The notes below the pieces were generated by a model. It saw only the letters and a program-made list of their open reading frames with translations. It had not been told where the DNA came from and ran no database searches. Source: Dehalococcoidia bacterium (GTDB lineage Bacteria; Chloroflexota; Dehalococcoidia; Lucifugimonadales; UBA3495). From it: a stretch of DNA of 64,000 bases. A program made the position numbers and the translations under genes. Shown one piece after another: positions 52,530-61,532 of the stretch. Each line of letters starts with the position of its first letter. Positions within the stretch are counted from its first letter, which is position 1. The stretch is from NCBI GenBank assembly GCA_022827095.1, contig JAJDTP010000005.1, positions 647,919 to 711,918 on the forward strand. The letters are read 5' to 3'.

Positions 52530-55097
52530 TCAGCTTAGCCAGAACTGGGAACCGTCGGAGGTTTTGAGCACCTCGATCCGGACCGGGAACAGGTCCTTGA
52601 GCTCGTCCAGGTGCGTGATGACAATGATCTTGTCGAAATCCTCTTGGATGGACGCGATGGCGTCCACGATGCGCTCCCGCCCGGCGGCGTCCTGAGTGCC
52701 GAAACCCTCGTCTATGAACAGGGTGGGCAGGGGAAGGCCCATACGCTGCGCCAGGACCTTGGATAAGGCGATGCGGAGCGCAAGGTTGATGCGGAAAGCC
52801 TCGCCGCCGCTGAACAGGTCATAGCTTCGGGACCCCAATTCGTCGCTGACCAGGATGTCCAGGGTTTCGCTGACGTTACCGGATTGGCGCACGCGCTGGG
52901 TCTCCAGCTTGACCGCCAGCCGGCTGTCCGTCATCCGACCAAGCAGAAGGTTGGTCTCGGCTTCGATCCGGGGCACGGCGGCGTCGATGAGCATGGCCGG
53001 GACGCCGCTGCGTCCAAACGCGCTGTAAAGATCGGCATAGATACCCTGCTCAGCGGTTGAGGAGGAGCGACGTCCTTCCAGAGCGTCAATCTCGTCCAAG
53101 TAGGAAACTCGGCGCTCGGCGTCACCCTGCAATCTCCCCTTCCGCGCCAGGAGAGCGTCGCGATCCCTGAGAAGGTCCGCCAGGACTTGCTCCGCTTCCG
53201 CCGCCTCCCGCTCTTTATCGGGCAGGTCTGTCAACGCCGATCGAGCGCCATCCAGAACCGCCTGAGCGCTCTGCAACTCTTCGTTGAGCCGGGTTAGTTG
53301 GTTCCTGGCCTGGGTCAGCGACGCCTCGTCGTCGGGGAGACGCACGCGCGCGTCCTCCAGCCGTCTCAGCTCGTGCTCCCAGTGTTGCAACGAGCGGGCC
53401 TTCACCGTGGCTTCTTCAAGACTCCGTTCATCGTATCCCAATTCCTGTACGGCCGTTTCCACATCGGCCAAAGCGCCTCGCTGTTCAATTGCGAAATTTT
53501 CCCCGGACAGCGCCTTTTGCGACTGCTTCAGACGGGGAAGCGATGTTGCCAACTGCCGGGCGGCTTCTTCGCACTGGCGCTGCTCCTGTTCCAGGCGACC
53601 GCGTTGTTGCTGGAGGCGCTGCTGTCGTTGGGCAAGGGCGGCGTCCCGATGTGAGATCCCGGCTTGGAGGTTTTCGAGTCGGCTGCGCATATCGCCCAAA
53701 GATTGCCTGATCTCATCGTGGCGAGTGAGCTTCGCCTGGATCTCCGTTTCATACCAGGCCGAAATATCCTCGCAGGCGTCGACGCTGAGCGGGGTGCGGC
53801 ACAACGGGCACACAGCGTCCGCCGTCTCCATATCCTTTTGCCTGGCCCGCAGTTCCTTACCTTCAGCGATGCAGCGTTCCAGATCGGCCTGCGCAAGGGC
53901 AATGTCGCGCTGCAGATCAGCGGACTCGACGACCTTCGCCTCCAGGAGGGACCGCTCCTTGGCGACGGCCGATTCATTTTCGGCCACCGCCAACAGTTCC
54001 TGGGCGATCCCTTCGGTGCGACCTGCAGCCGGGCGCAGGACGTCGTCGACGTGCCGTTGCAACTGCGTCGCTTCGGCAGAGAGTTGTGCCCGAGCCTGCT
54101 CGATGGTCGATTGCAACTCGCTACGGCGGTCACGCAGTCGGTCATACTCAGACCGTGAGGCTTGCAGACGTTCCATGTTGGTCTGGGCCGCATCCAGTTG
54201 CCGGGCCCCGGCGCTGATTTCTCCGGCGCGATCCTCCAGCGCGCGAGCGTTTTGGATGCGTTCTGCAATGGAAGTGGCGGCGGCTTCGGCATGTTCAACG
54301 TCGGCGCGGAGAACGTCGATGCGACGACCCGCGGCGGCGGCTTCCACCTGCTTTTGGCGCAATGCGGAGACCGCGTCCCGCAACTGCCCTGCGTTTGCAG
54401 AATCCACCTCTATCTGTTGGCCCAGCCGTTGCAGGCGCGCGTCTATCGCCAGCAGTTCCTCGGTGGGATCGGGGATGGATTCCAGCAGACTCTGATTTTG
54501 CGCCAATGCTCCTTCCGTGCGCACCACTTCCGATTGCCAGTGGTCTCTCCGGCCGGCGGCGGATACTTGCAGGGTTTCGTAGAGGCTGAGGTCCAGGACG
54601 GACGACAGGACCGCCTTTCGTTCCGCAGGCGTCTTACGCGTGAACTCGTCCGAGCGGCCCTGCAGCAGAAACGCGGTATTCACGAAGGTGGTGTAGTCCA
54701 TCCCCACCAGGCTCTGGATTTTCCAGTTTGTATCGCGAACCGAATTGCCGCTTATGGATCGCGGTTGACCGGCGTCGTCCAGGATGAACAGGTCCACTTC
54801 GGTGCGACCCTGTCCCGTGCTGCGCCGTCGGCGGATTACCCGGTGCTCCTGCCCCTGGGCCAGAAAGTCCAACTCGACCCGGCACTCCGACTCGCCGTAG
54901 GCGATCAGGTCGTTGTGGTTCTGGGTTCCGGTGCGTGCCTGTCCCCAAAGACACCACGTCATCGCGTCCAGCAGGGCTGATTTGCCATGGCCGTTGGCTC
55001 CGCATAGGCACGCGACGTGGATGCCGCGCAGGTCCAACGGCGGCACATCATCTCGGTAGCAAAGGAAGTTGCGGACCGAAAGCCTGAGGGGGATCAT
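52530..55097 (-). CDS. sbcC: SbcC/Rad50-like SMC-family ATPase (exonuclease SbcCD C subunit-like)
   Basis: MIPLRLSVRNFLCYRD...LCGANGHGKSALLDAM (Walker A), long coiled coil with a CPLC zinc hook, and a C-terminal LFSGGEAFRINLALRIAL...LFIDEGFG (signature/Walker B). Confidence 0.8.
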   Translation of the reverse strand: MIPLRLSVRNFLCYRDDVPPLDLRGIHVACLCGANGHGKSALLDAMTWCLWGQARTGTQNHNDLIAYGESECRVELDFLAQGQEHRVIRRRRSTGQGRTEVDLFILDDAGQPRSISGNSVRDTNWKIQSLVGMDYTTFVNTAFLLQGRSDEFTRKTPAERKAVLSSVLDLSLYETLQVSAAGRRDHWQSEVVRTEGALAQNQSLLESIPDPTEELLAIDARLQRLGQQIEVDSANAGQLRDAVSALRQKQVEAAAAGRRIDVLRADVEHAEAAATSIAERIQNARALEDRAGEISAGARQLDAAQTNMERLQASRSEYDRLRDRRSELQSTIEQARAQLSAEATQLQRHVDDVLRPAAGRTEGIAQELLAVAENESAVAKERSLLEAKVVESADLQRDIALAQADLERCIAEGKELRARQKDMETADAVCPLCRTPLSVDACEDISAWYETEIQAKLTRHDEIRQSLGDMRSRLENLQAGISHRDAALAQRQQRLQQQRGRLEQEQRQCEEAARQLATSLPRLKQSQKALSGENFAIEQRGALADVETAVQELGYDERSLEEATVKARSLQHWEHELRRLEDARVRLPDDEASLTQARNQLTRLNEELQSAQAVLDGARSALTDLPDKEREAAEAEQVLADLLRDRDALLARKGRLQGDAERRVSYLDEIDALEGRRSSSTAEQGIYADLYSAFGRSGVPAMLIDAAVPRIEAETNLLLGRMTDSRLAVKLETQRVRQSGNVSETLDILVSDELGSRSYDLFSGGEAFRINLALRIALSKVLAQRMGLPLPTLFIDEGFGTQDAAGRERIVDAIASIQEDFDKIIVITHLDELKDLFPVRIEVLKTSDGSQFWLS

Positions 55098-55220
55098 CGT
55101 ACCCCGATTTTATCACCGGCCCGCTGGCGCAGATCCGACCCCGACATGGTCTGCGCGGCCTGCCGCGAAAGGCTCAGGAGTTGGCAGTGATACAATTTTT
55201 GACGAGGAAACGTAAAAACG

Positions 55221-56012
55221 ATGCCACCTGCTTATGATAAATCCGCCAAGGGAACCGGACCCGTCATAGTTGTTGAGGAACTGCGAAAGCGATACGGAGA
55301 CATCCAGGCGGTTGACGGTATATCCTTCGAGGTCGAGCGCGGCGAGGTATTCGCCCTGCTGGGCCCAAACGGGTCCGGCAAGACCACCACCGTCGAGATC
55401 ATCGAGGGGATGCGTTCCGCCGACAGCGGACGCGCCACCGTCGCCGGCATCGACGTCAGCCGCAACCCCAAGGCGGTGAAGCAGCACATTGGCGTGCAGT
55501 TGCAGAGCAGCGCCTTCTTCGAGCACCTCAAACTCGCCGAGCTGCTCCGGATGCTCGGAAGCATTTACCGGGTCAAAGTCGATCCGGAACCACTGCTCGA
55601 AGCGGTGGACCTGGGCGAGCGGAAGTCTGCGTCGTTTCGCACGCTTTCGGGCGGACAGAAGCAGCGGTTCGCCATCGCGGCCTCGCTGGTCAACGACCCG
55701 GACGTGGTGTTCCTTGACGAACCGACCACCGGGTTGGATCCCCAGGCGCGGCGGTTGATCTGGGACCTGGCCAAGTCGTGGAAACAGGAAGGACGCACCG
55801 TGGTCCTGACCACTCATTATATGGAGGAGGCCGAGGAACTGTGCGACCGGGTGGCGGTGATGGACAGCGGGAAAATCATTGCCATGGCGTCTCCGGCTCA
55901 ATTGATCGACCAGTTGATCTCCCGGGGTTTCCATCGGGAACAGGAAGTGCGGTTGGCGACGCTGGAGGACGTGTTCCTTGACCTCACCGGCCGTTCGCTG
56001 CGGGAGTTTTAG
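55221..56012 (+). CDS. ABC-2 type exporter ATP-binding protein
   Basis: GPNGSGKTT, LSGGQKQRFAIA, VVFLDEPTTGLD; 263 aa. Confidence 0.9.
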   Translation: MPPAYDKSAKGTGPVIVVEELRKRYGDIQAVDGISFEVERGEVFALLGPNGSGKTTTVEIIEGMRSADSGRATVAGIDVSRNPKAVKQHIGVQLQSSAFFEHLKLAELLRMLGSIYRVKVDPEPLLEAVDLGERKSASFRTLSGGQKQRFAIAASLVNDPDVVFLDEPTTGLDPQARRLIWDLAKSWKQEGRTVVLTTHYMEEAEELCDRVAVMDSGKIIAMASPAQLIDQLISRGFHREQEVRLATLEDVFLDLTGRSLREF

Positions 56013-56013
56013 G

Positions 56014-57093
56014 ATGCTCGCACGGCCGGCCGTCCATCTCACCTGGTGGTCCATAAAGATGTGGGCGCGGGACCGCGCGGCCATGTTCTGGACGTTCTTT
56101 CTGCCGCTGGTCATCATGGTGATCTTCGGGCTGTTGAACTTCGGAGAATTGGGCAAGGTAGATGTTGGGATCGTGGACCACGCCGACAGCGACACGTCGC
56201 GGGCGTTTATCGATGGTCTAACCGAGATCGACGCGCTGCGCATTGCGAAGGGCGACGCCGCCGACGAGCGCGCAGCCCTGGCCGACGGGAAACGAGACCT
56301 GGTGATAGTCCTGCCGGCGGACCTGGGCTCGGCTCCGGGCGGCAGCCAAATCACCGCCTGGTACCATGGGAGCCGGCAAACCGAAGCGCGGTTGGGCTTG
56401 ACGGTCATCCAATCCGCAGTGGACAGGTTGAATTTCGCCATCACCGGCGCGGAGCGAGTGGTCACGCTGACCGAAGAGTCGGTGGAGGCGCGGGACCTGG
56501 GCTACATCGATTTTCTGATGCCCGGGGTGATCGGAATGGCGATCATGCAACTGGGGTTGTTCAGCGTGGCGTTCAGTTTCGTGACGATGAAACGGGAGGG
56601 CGTGCTGCGCCGGCTGCTGGCAACGCCGCTGGAGCCGACGTCGCTGCTGATAGCGCAGGTGATTACCCGGCTGATTGTCGTTGTCATCCAGACGGTGATC
56701 CTGGCCGCGGTGGCGGTGTTCCTGTTCGGCGCGGAGTTCGCCGGCAACTTTTTTGCCGTGTTGTTGGCGGCTGCCATGGGTGGCGCGGTGTTTCTGGCGA
56801 TGGGGTTCGCCGTGTCCGGGTGGGCGCGCACGGAGCAGCAGGCGGCGCCGCTGGCGAACATCGTGTCGCTGCCCATGATGTTTTTGTCTGGTGTATTCTT
56901 TTCCCGGGACGTCCTCCCCGGCGTCCTGCAACGGATCACGGATTTTTTGCCGTTGACCTATCTGGTCGAAGCCATACGGGGCATGACCGTGGAAGGGGAT
57001 ACGGTTTTAATGCAATGGCCAAACTTTCTGGGCTTGGCGGTTTGGCTTGTGGTAGCGTTCATCATCGCCAATCGTACGTTCCGCTGGGAATGA
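56014..57093 (+). CDS. ABC-2 type transporter permease
   Basis: The ATG at 56014 is 1 nt after the ATPase stop. It has an N-terminal TM helix, a large extracytoplasmic loop and a C-terminal 5-TM bundle, which is the ABC-2 membrane-domain pattern. Confidence 0.85.
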   Translation: MLARPAVHLTWWSIKMWARDRAAMFWTFFLPLVIMVIFGLLNFGELGKVDVGIVDHADSDTSRAFIDGLTEIDALRIAKGDAADERAALADGKRDLVIVLPADLGSAPGGSQITAWYHGSRQTEARLGLTVIQSAVDRLNFAITGAERVVTLTEESVEARDLGYIDFLMPGVIGMAIMQLGLFSVAFSFVTMKREGVLRRLLATPLEPTSLLIAQVITRLIVVVIQTVILAAVAVFLFGAEFAGNFFAVLLAAAMGGAVFLAMGFAVSGWARTEQQAAPLANIVSLPMMFLSGVFFSRDVLPGVLQRITDFLPLTYLVEAIRGMTVEGDTVLMQWPNFLGLAVWLVVAFIIANRTFRWE

Positions 57094-57141
57094 CATTACC
57101 AATCTTCAAGACGAGCGCCGAGACTGCGGGAGTGTGCCGGG

Positions 57142-58467
57142 ATGTTTGACAATCTGACCGAGCGATTGACCGGGATTTTCAGCCGTTTGCAGGGCAAGGG
57201 CCGGCTGACTGAAAAGGACATCGACGACGCGCTGGGGCAGGTGCGACGTTCGTTGCTCGAGGCGGACGTGAATTTCCGTGTCGCCCGGGAGTTTGTGGCG
57301 ACAGTCAAAGAGCGCGCGCTGACGGGCGAGGTCCTGGAAAGCCTGTCGCCGGGTCATCAGGTGGTCAAGATCGTCCACGAGGAATTGACCTCCGTATTGA
57401 GCGCGGGAGACCACCGGCTCACGCCAGCCAGCCAGTTGCCGTCGGTGCTGATGCTGGTGGGATTGCAGGGGTCCGGCAAGACCACCACGGCCGCCAAGCT
57501 GGCGCTGCAGATGAAACGGCAGCAACACAGCCCGATGCTCATCGCCGCCGATCTGCGCCGCCCGGCGGCCATCGCCCAACTGCAATCTCTGGGCAACCAG
57601 TTGGACATACCGGTGTATTCCGAGGAGCCGGGTTCCGCCACTCCGGCCAGCGTGGCCATCGCGGGCGTCAAAAGGGCTACCGACTTGGCGTTGACGTGGG
57701 CCATCGTGGACACCGGCGGGCGTCTGCACATCGACGACGAATTGATGGCAGAACTGGAAGAGGTGAAGAAGGCGGTCTCGCCGTACCAGACCATCCTGGT
57801 GGTGGACGCGATGACCGGCCAGGACGCGGTCAACGCGGCGGAGGAATTCCACCAGCGGGTGGGACTGGACGGGCTGATCCTGTCCAAGATGGACGGCGAC
57901 GCCCGGGGTGGCGCGGCGCTGTCGGTGACCAAGGTCACCGGCGTACCGATCAAGTTCATCGGAACCGGAGAGCGCAGCGACGCGCTGGAGCAATTCCACC
58001 CGGACCGCATGGCATCGCGGATCCTGGCCATGGGTGATGTGCTGACGCTGATCGAGCGCGCCCAGGAAGCCGTGGACGAGGAGAAGGCTAAGGAACTCGA
58101 ACGCAAGATGCGCACGGCGTCTTTCACACTGGACGATTTTCTCGATCAGATCCAGGGCGTGAAAAAGATGGGCGGCCTGACTTCGGTGATGGAAATGATG
58201 CCCGGATTGGGCCGGCAATCCAAGAAGATGCAGGGCCAACTGGACGAATCAGAACTGAAGAAAACCGAGGCCATCATCCGCTCAATGACGCTGGAGGAAC
58301 GGGAAAAGCCGGAGATCATCAAGGGCAGCCGACGCCGGCGCATCGCGTTGGGCAGCGGCACCAATCCGTCGGACGTCAATCGGGTGCTCAACCAGTTCAA
58401 GCAGACCCAGCGGCTGATGCGCCAGTTTTCCAACAACCCCAAGGGGCTGATGCGGATGCTGCGCTGA
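57142..58467 (+). CDS. ffh: Signal recognition particle protein
   Basis: MFDNLTERLTGIFSRLQGKGRLTE..., GLQGSGKTTT, DTGGRL, and a Met-rich M domain. Confidence 0.95.
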   Translation: MFDNLTERLTGIFSRLQGKGRLTEKDIDDALGQVRRSLLEADVNFRVAREFVATVKERALTGEVLESLSPGHQVVKIVHEELTSVLSAGDHRLTPASQLPSVLMLVGLQGSGKTTTAAKLALQMKRQQHSPMLIAADLRRPAAIAQLQSLGNQLDIPVYSEEPGSATPASVAIAGVKRATDLALTWAIVDTGGRLHIDDELMAELEEVKKAVSPYQTILVVDAMTGQDAVNAAEEFHQRVGLDGLILSKMDGDARGGAALSVTKVTGVPIKFIGTGERSDALEQFHPDRMASRILAMGDVLTLIERAQEAVDEEKAKELERKMRTASFTLDDFLDQIQGVKKMGGLTSVMEMMPGLGRQSKKMQGQLDESELKKTEAIIRSMTLEEREKPEIIKGSRRRRIALGSGTNPSDVNRVLNQFKQTQRLMRQFSNNPKGLMRMLR

Positions 58468-58477
58468 TGATGGCCCG

Positions 58478-59410
58478 CTAGGAACCGGCAATCCGGCCGG
58501 AACGGAGCGCCGCGAACAGGTACGACGTAGCGTACGAGCGCCAGGGAGCCCAGCGTTCGGAGAAATCGAGCAGTTGGGCGTCATCGATCTCCGTGCCGTC
58601 GAAGTACAGACTGCTGACGGTTCGGCGCAGCGCGAGGTCACCGACGGGGAACCCGTCGGGACGAGCCAGGGCGCGGACCAGCACCCACTGCGCGGTCCAC
58701 TGGCCGACTCCCCGTATGGCCACCATGCGCTTCACGACCTCGTCGTCTTCGAGGTCATGCGTGCTCGCAAAATTGTCGCCCGAGTCCACGGCGCCTCGTG
58801 CGATGCCCTGGATGTACTCCGCCTTGCGGTAACTCAGCTTGAGCTGGCGCAGGTCCTCCACTTCGGCGGTCGCCAGGGATTCCGCGCGGGGGAAGGCATA
58901 CCACTCCCGGTCGGCGATCGTCGCGCGAACACCATAATTCTCGACCAGCAGGCTGCGGATGATCCGGGAAACGTTGGTTGCGATCTGCTGTCCCAAGACG
59001 GCCTGGACCAGCGCCTCGTAAACCGTCGCGGTTCGCGTGTTGTGGTACCCGTAGAAATCACCGACGACATCGGCCAGCACCGGATCCCCGCTTACGGAAT
59101 CGTAAAAGGGGCCCAGGTCCTGGTCGCAGCCGAGGAGCCAGGTGATCTGCTCCGCCGCTTGAGCCACGTCGGTGTCGGTGAGGTCCTCCCCGGTCAACTC
59201 TAGCGACAACTCCGGTTGGTCCACCGAGCCGACCGACCGCACATTCGCCAGGGCGGCGGTTTCGCCCAGATCCAGGAGCCTGGTGTAGCAGCCATCGACG
59301 TACTCCTCGGTTTTGAACTGCTGCTCACGGGAATAATTGGGTTGCCCGGCGGTCAGCTCAAAGTCGTAGGGCGGGATGGGCCGCACGGTGGTGACGAGGG
59401 TGGATTCCAT
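58478..59410 (-). CDS. DNA-3-methyladenine glycosylase 2 (AlkA-like, HhH-GPD) family protein
   Basis: HhH-GPD pattern: AVLGQQIATNVSRIIRSLL..., IRGVGQWTAQWVLVRAL...FPVGDLAL. The start overlaps the upstream stop as ATGA. Confidence 0.8.
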   Translation of the reverse strand: MESTLVTTVRPIPPYDFELTAGQPNYSREQQFKTEEYVDGCYTRLLDLGETAALANVRSVGSVDQPELSLELTGEDLTDTDVAQAAEQITWLLGCDQDLGPFYDSVSGDPVLADVVGDFYGYHNTRTATVYEALVQAVLGQQIATNVSRIIRSLLVENYGVRATIADREWYAFPRAESLATAEVEDLRQLKLSYRKAEYIQGIARGAVDSGDNFASTHDLEDDEVVKRMVAIRGVGQWTAQWVLVRALARPDGFPVGDLALRRTVSSLYFDGTEIDDAQLLDFSERWAPWRSYATSYLFAALRSGRIAGS

Positions 59411-59997
59411 CAGATTTGCACCTCACCAAGGTTGGAGTACCGAGCGCCGCGCGGCGTCAGCACGCTGCGGTACAACCGAACATTATCGGGACGCCAGCTA
59501 CGGATAGCCGGGAGCCTGGCCCCGGACACGGTATCGGATATCGCCTGCCGCTGCCGCGCGTTGATCCGATCACGCACTCGTCCGAGGGTCAAGTGCGGGC
59601 GGAACGGGCGGCCGTCCATGGACCAGCCCAAACCGGAGACCGCCTGTTGAGCACGCCGGTGCAGGTCTTCCAGACCTTCGGCGCCACCCGAAACTCCCGC
59701 CCAAATCACCCGTGGGTTCCGGCCGCCGGGAAAAGTTCCCAGGACCGATAAAGAAAGGAGCGGGGAGCTGGCGCCAGCGAAATTCTCGGCCATGGCGTCC
59801 AGTATTCGGGGCACTGCACGAGAGTCGGTAGCCCCGAGGAATTTCAAGGTCAGATGAATGCCATCGGGGGAAACCCAACGCACACCGTCGGGGAGTGCCC
59901 TGCTCAAATCCGTAATGGTTGCGCCAAGTTGCCCGATCCACTCGTCGGGCAACGGCAGCGCGATGAACGTGCGTAGGGTTTCCGAGCCGGCGGTCAC
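59410..59997 (-). CDS. thpR: RNA 2',3'-cyclic phosphodiesterase (2H phosphoesterase, ThpR/LigT)
   Basis: Two HxT motifs (HLTLKFLG, HLTLGRV). The GTG at 59997 forms a GTGA overlap with the upstream stop, so I prefer it to the track's longer ORF start at 60042. Confidence 0.75.
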   Translation of the reverse strand: MTAGSETLRTFIALPLPDEWIGQLGATITDLSRALPDGVRWVSPDGIHLTLKFLGATDSRAVPRILDAMAENFAGASSPLLSLSVLGTFPGGRNPRVIWAGVSGGAEGLEDLHRRAQQAVSGLGWSMDGRPFRPHLTLGRVRDRINARQRQAISDTVSGARLPAIRSWRPDNVRLYRSVLTPRGARYSNLGEVQI

Positions 59998-61379
59998 AAC
60001 GTTAACTCGGTGCGCCAGCGATTCAGCTCCCGGTACCACCACGCCAAATCATCCAGGGAATAACGCGCGTTGGCCGGGCTGGGATTGGGCAGAACGAACA
60101 CCCGGCTGGCGCCGATGACCAGTTCCTGTCTGCCCAGTTCGAGGTTGCCGGCGTTTTTGATCCCTTCCCCGTGCCGAAGATAGGCGCGATAGGCCGTCAG
60201 GCCGTGGAAGCAGGCGATGCGCGGAGCATGACGCAGCAGCTTCTCGCGCAGAGCCGGAGCGTCTCGGCGGTAGTCGGCGGCGGTAAGGCCGGATGCCTGG
60301 CTGGTGGGCCGCTTGACCACATCTGTAAAGCCGACGCCATCCGCCAGCAGCGCCGCGTCGTCGTCCGGGCCCACGGGTCGCCCGACGAGTTTGGCGGCGG
60401 ACACGGCCGGCCAGAAGCGGTTGCGCGGGTTCGCGAAGTAGTGGCCAGCCTGGATCGAGCGGGTTGACGGGTTCAGGCCGACCAGGACGATGTCCAGGCC
60501 AGGCCTGAGATGGTCGGGCAGCGTTTGCAGCGGTAGGCTGCCGGCAGTTACCAGGAACGACGCGTTGCTGCCCATGATGGCGTCAAGATCGTCCTCCGGC
60601 AGGCCAGATGACCGGACATAATCTATGACCCGGCGATGGGTGAGCAGCGGGTAATCCGTCCCGAAAAGGATCCGGTCGGCGCCGGCGGTCATGGCGGCGG
60701 CCGCGATTGCCGTCGGCCGATACAGAAAGGGCAGCGCGGCGGTGTCGTACCAGACGTTTTGCAGAGCCTCGGCCACCTCCGGCATTGCGGCGTAGAAGGG
60801 GAGACCACCGCCCAGATGTGCGAAGACGATGCGATTTTCCGGGAAGTTAGCGGCGAATTTCAGCAAGCCGGGGGGCGTGGTAGAGCCCTTACCCGGGTAC
60901 TGATGTCCCACTGGTTCCGATGCGTGAACCACGATCGGCGCGTTGCGGGCGCGCAGCAGCGCCATCAGCGGGGCCATGACGACAGCGTCGCTGATGTCGA
61001 ACCGCTGGCTGTCGGCATGAATTTCGCCGATGCCGGTGGCTCCGGCGTCCAGGCAACGGGAAGCCTCGCGGACGGCTGCATCTCCCCACGCCGGGTTCAC
61101 GGATGCGAAGGCAATGATGCGGTCCGGATGGTTTGCGGCGGCCTGGAGCAGGTAATCGTTTGCTTCCGCGGCAAGGTCCGGGTCTGTCCACCCGAATCCC
61201 ATAGCCACTGCTCGGTCGATTCCAGCGGTATCCATGTCGCGCAGCAGCGTTTCCGCGTCGGCGAAACGGCCGCCGGGTTCAGGAAACAGCGCGGCATACG
61301 TGGCATCCCGGGCGGCCAGTTCATCGTGGCGGGAACCGAAATCGGGCGGAACAACGTGGCAGTGGCTATCAACAATCAT
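59994..61379 (-). CDS. Fusion protein: amidohydrolase_2-type metal-dependent hydrolase (N-terminal ~275 aa) plus Mug/TDG-family mismatch-specific uracil-DNA glycosylase (C-terminal ~175 aa)
   Basis: The N-terminal part has MIVDSHCHVV (HxH), VVHAS and ILFGTDYP. The C-terminal part has VGLNPSTRS...FANPRNRFW and VLPNPSPANA, matching the Mug GINPG...NRFW and LPNPSG motifs. The ORF extends upstream to 61475, so the start is uncertain. Confidence 0.8.
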   Translation of the reverse strand: MIVDSHCHVVPPDFGSRHDELAARDATYAALFPEPGGRFADAETLLRDMDTAGIDRAVAMGFGWTDPDLAAEANDYLLQAAANHPDRIIAFASVNPAWGDAAVREASRCLDAGATGIGEIHADSQRFDISDAVVMAPLMALLRARNAPIVVHASEPVGHQYPGKGSTTPPGLLKFAANFPENRIVFAHLGGGLPFYAAMPEVAEALQNVWYDTAALPFLYRPTAIAAAAMTAGADRILFGTDYPLLTHRRVIDYVRSSGLPEDDLDAIMGSNASFLVTAGSLPLQTLPDHLRPGLDIVLVGLNPSTRSIQAGHYFANPRNRFWPAVSAAKLVGRPVGPDDDAALLADGVGFTDVVKRPTSQASGLTAADYRRDAPALREKLLRHAPRIACFHGLTAYRAYLRHGEGIKNAGNLELGRQELVIGASRVFVLPNPSPANARYSLDDLAWWYRELNRWRTELTL

Positions 61380-61532
61380 CGGGGGGTTCCCAGCCTGGGA
61401 CCGGTCTGAATTCGTTGCACCAGTATAGCCGACCGATTCGCCAAGGCAGGGATCGGCAACGGATAGAGTTGTCACCGTCCGCCTGGATAATCAGAGCATA
61501 TTCATTATCGCTTCGTCGACTGAGCAGACCCT

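Noticed and set aside
55113-56465. 450-aa minus-strand ORF just upstream of sbcC, which would be the expected position of sbcD
   Set aside because: The translation has no Mre11/SbcD phosphoesterase motifs (no DxH...GDxxD...GNHE pattern). It lies antisense to an ABC ATPase/permease pair with clear Walker and signature motifs.
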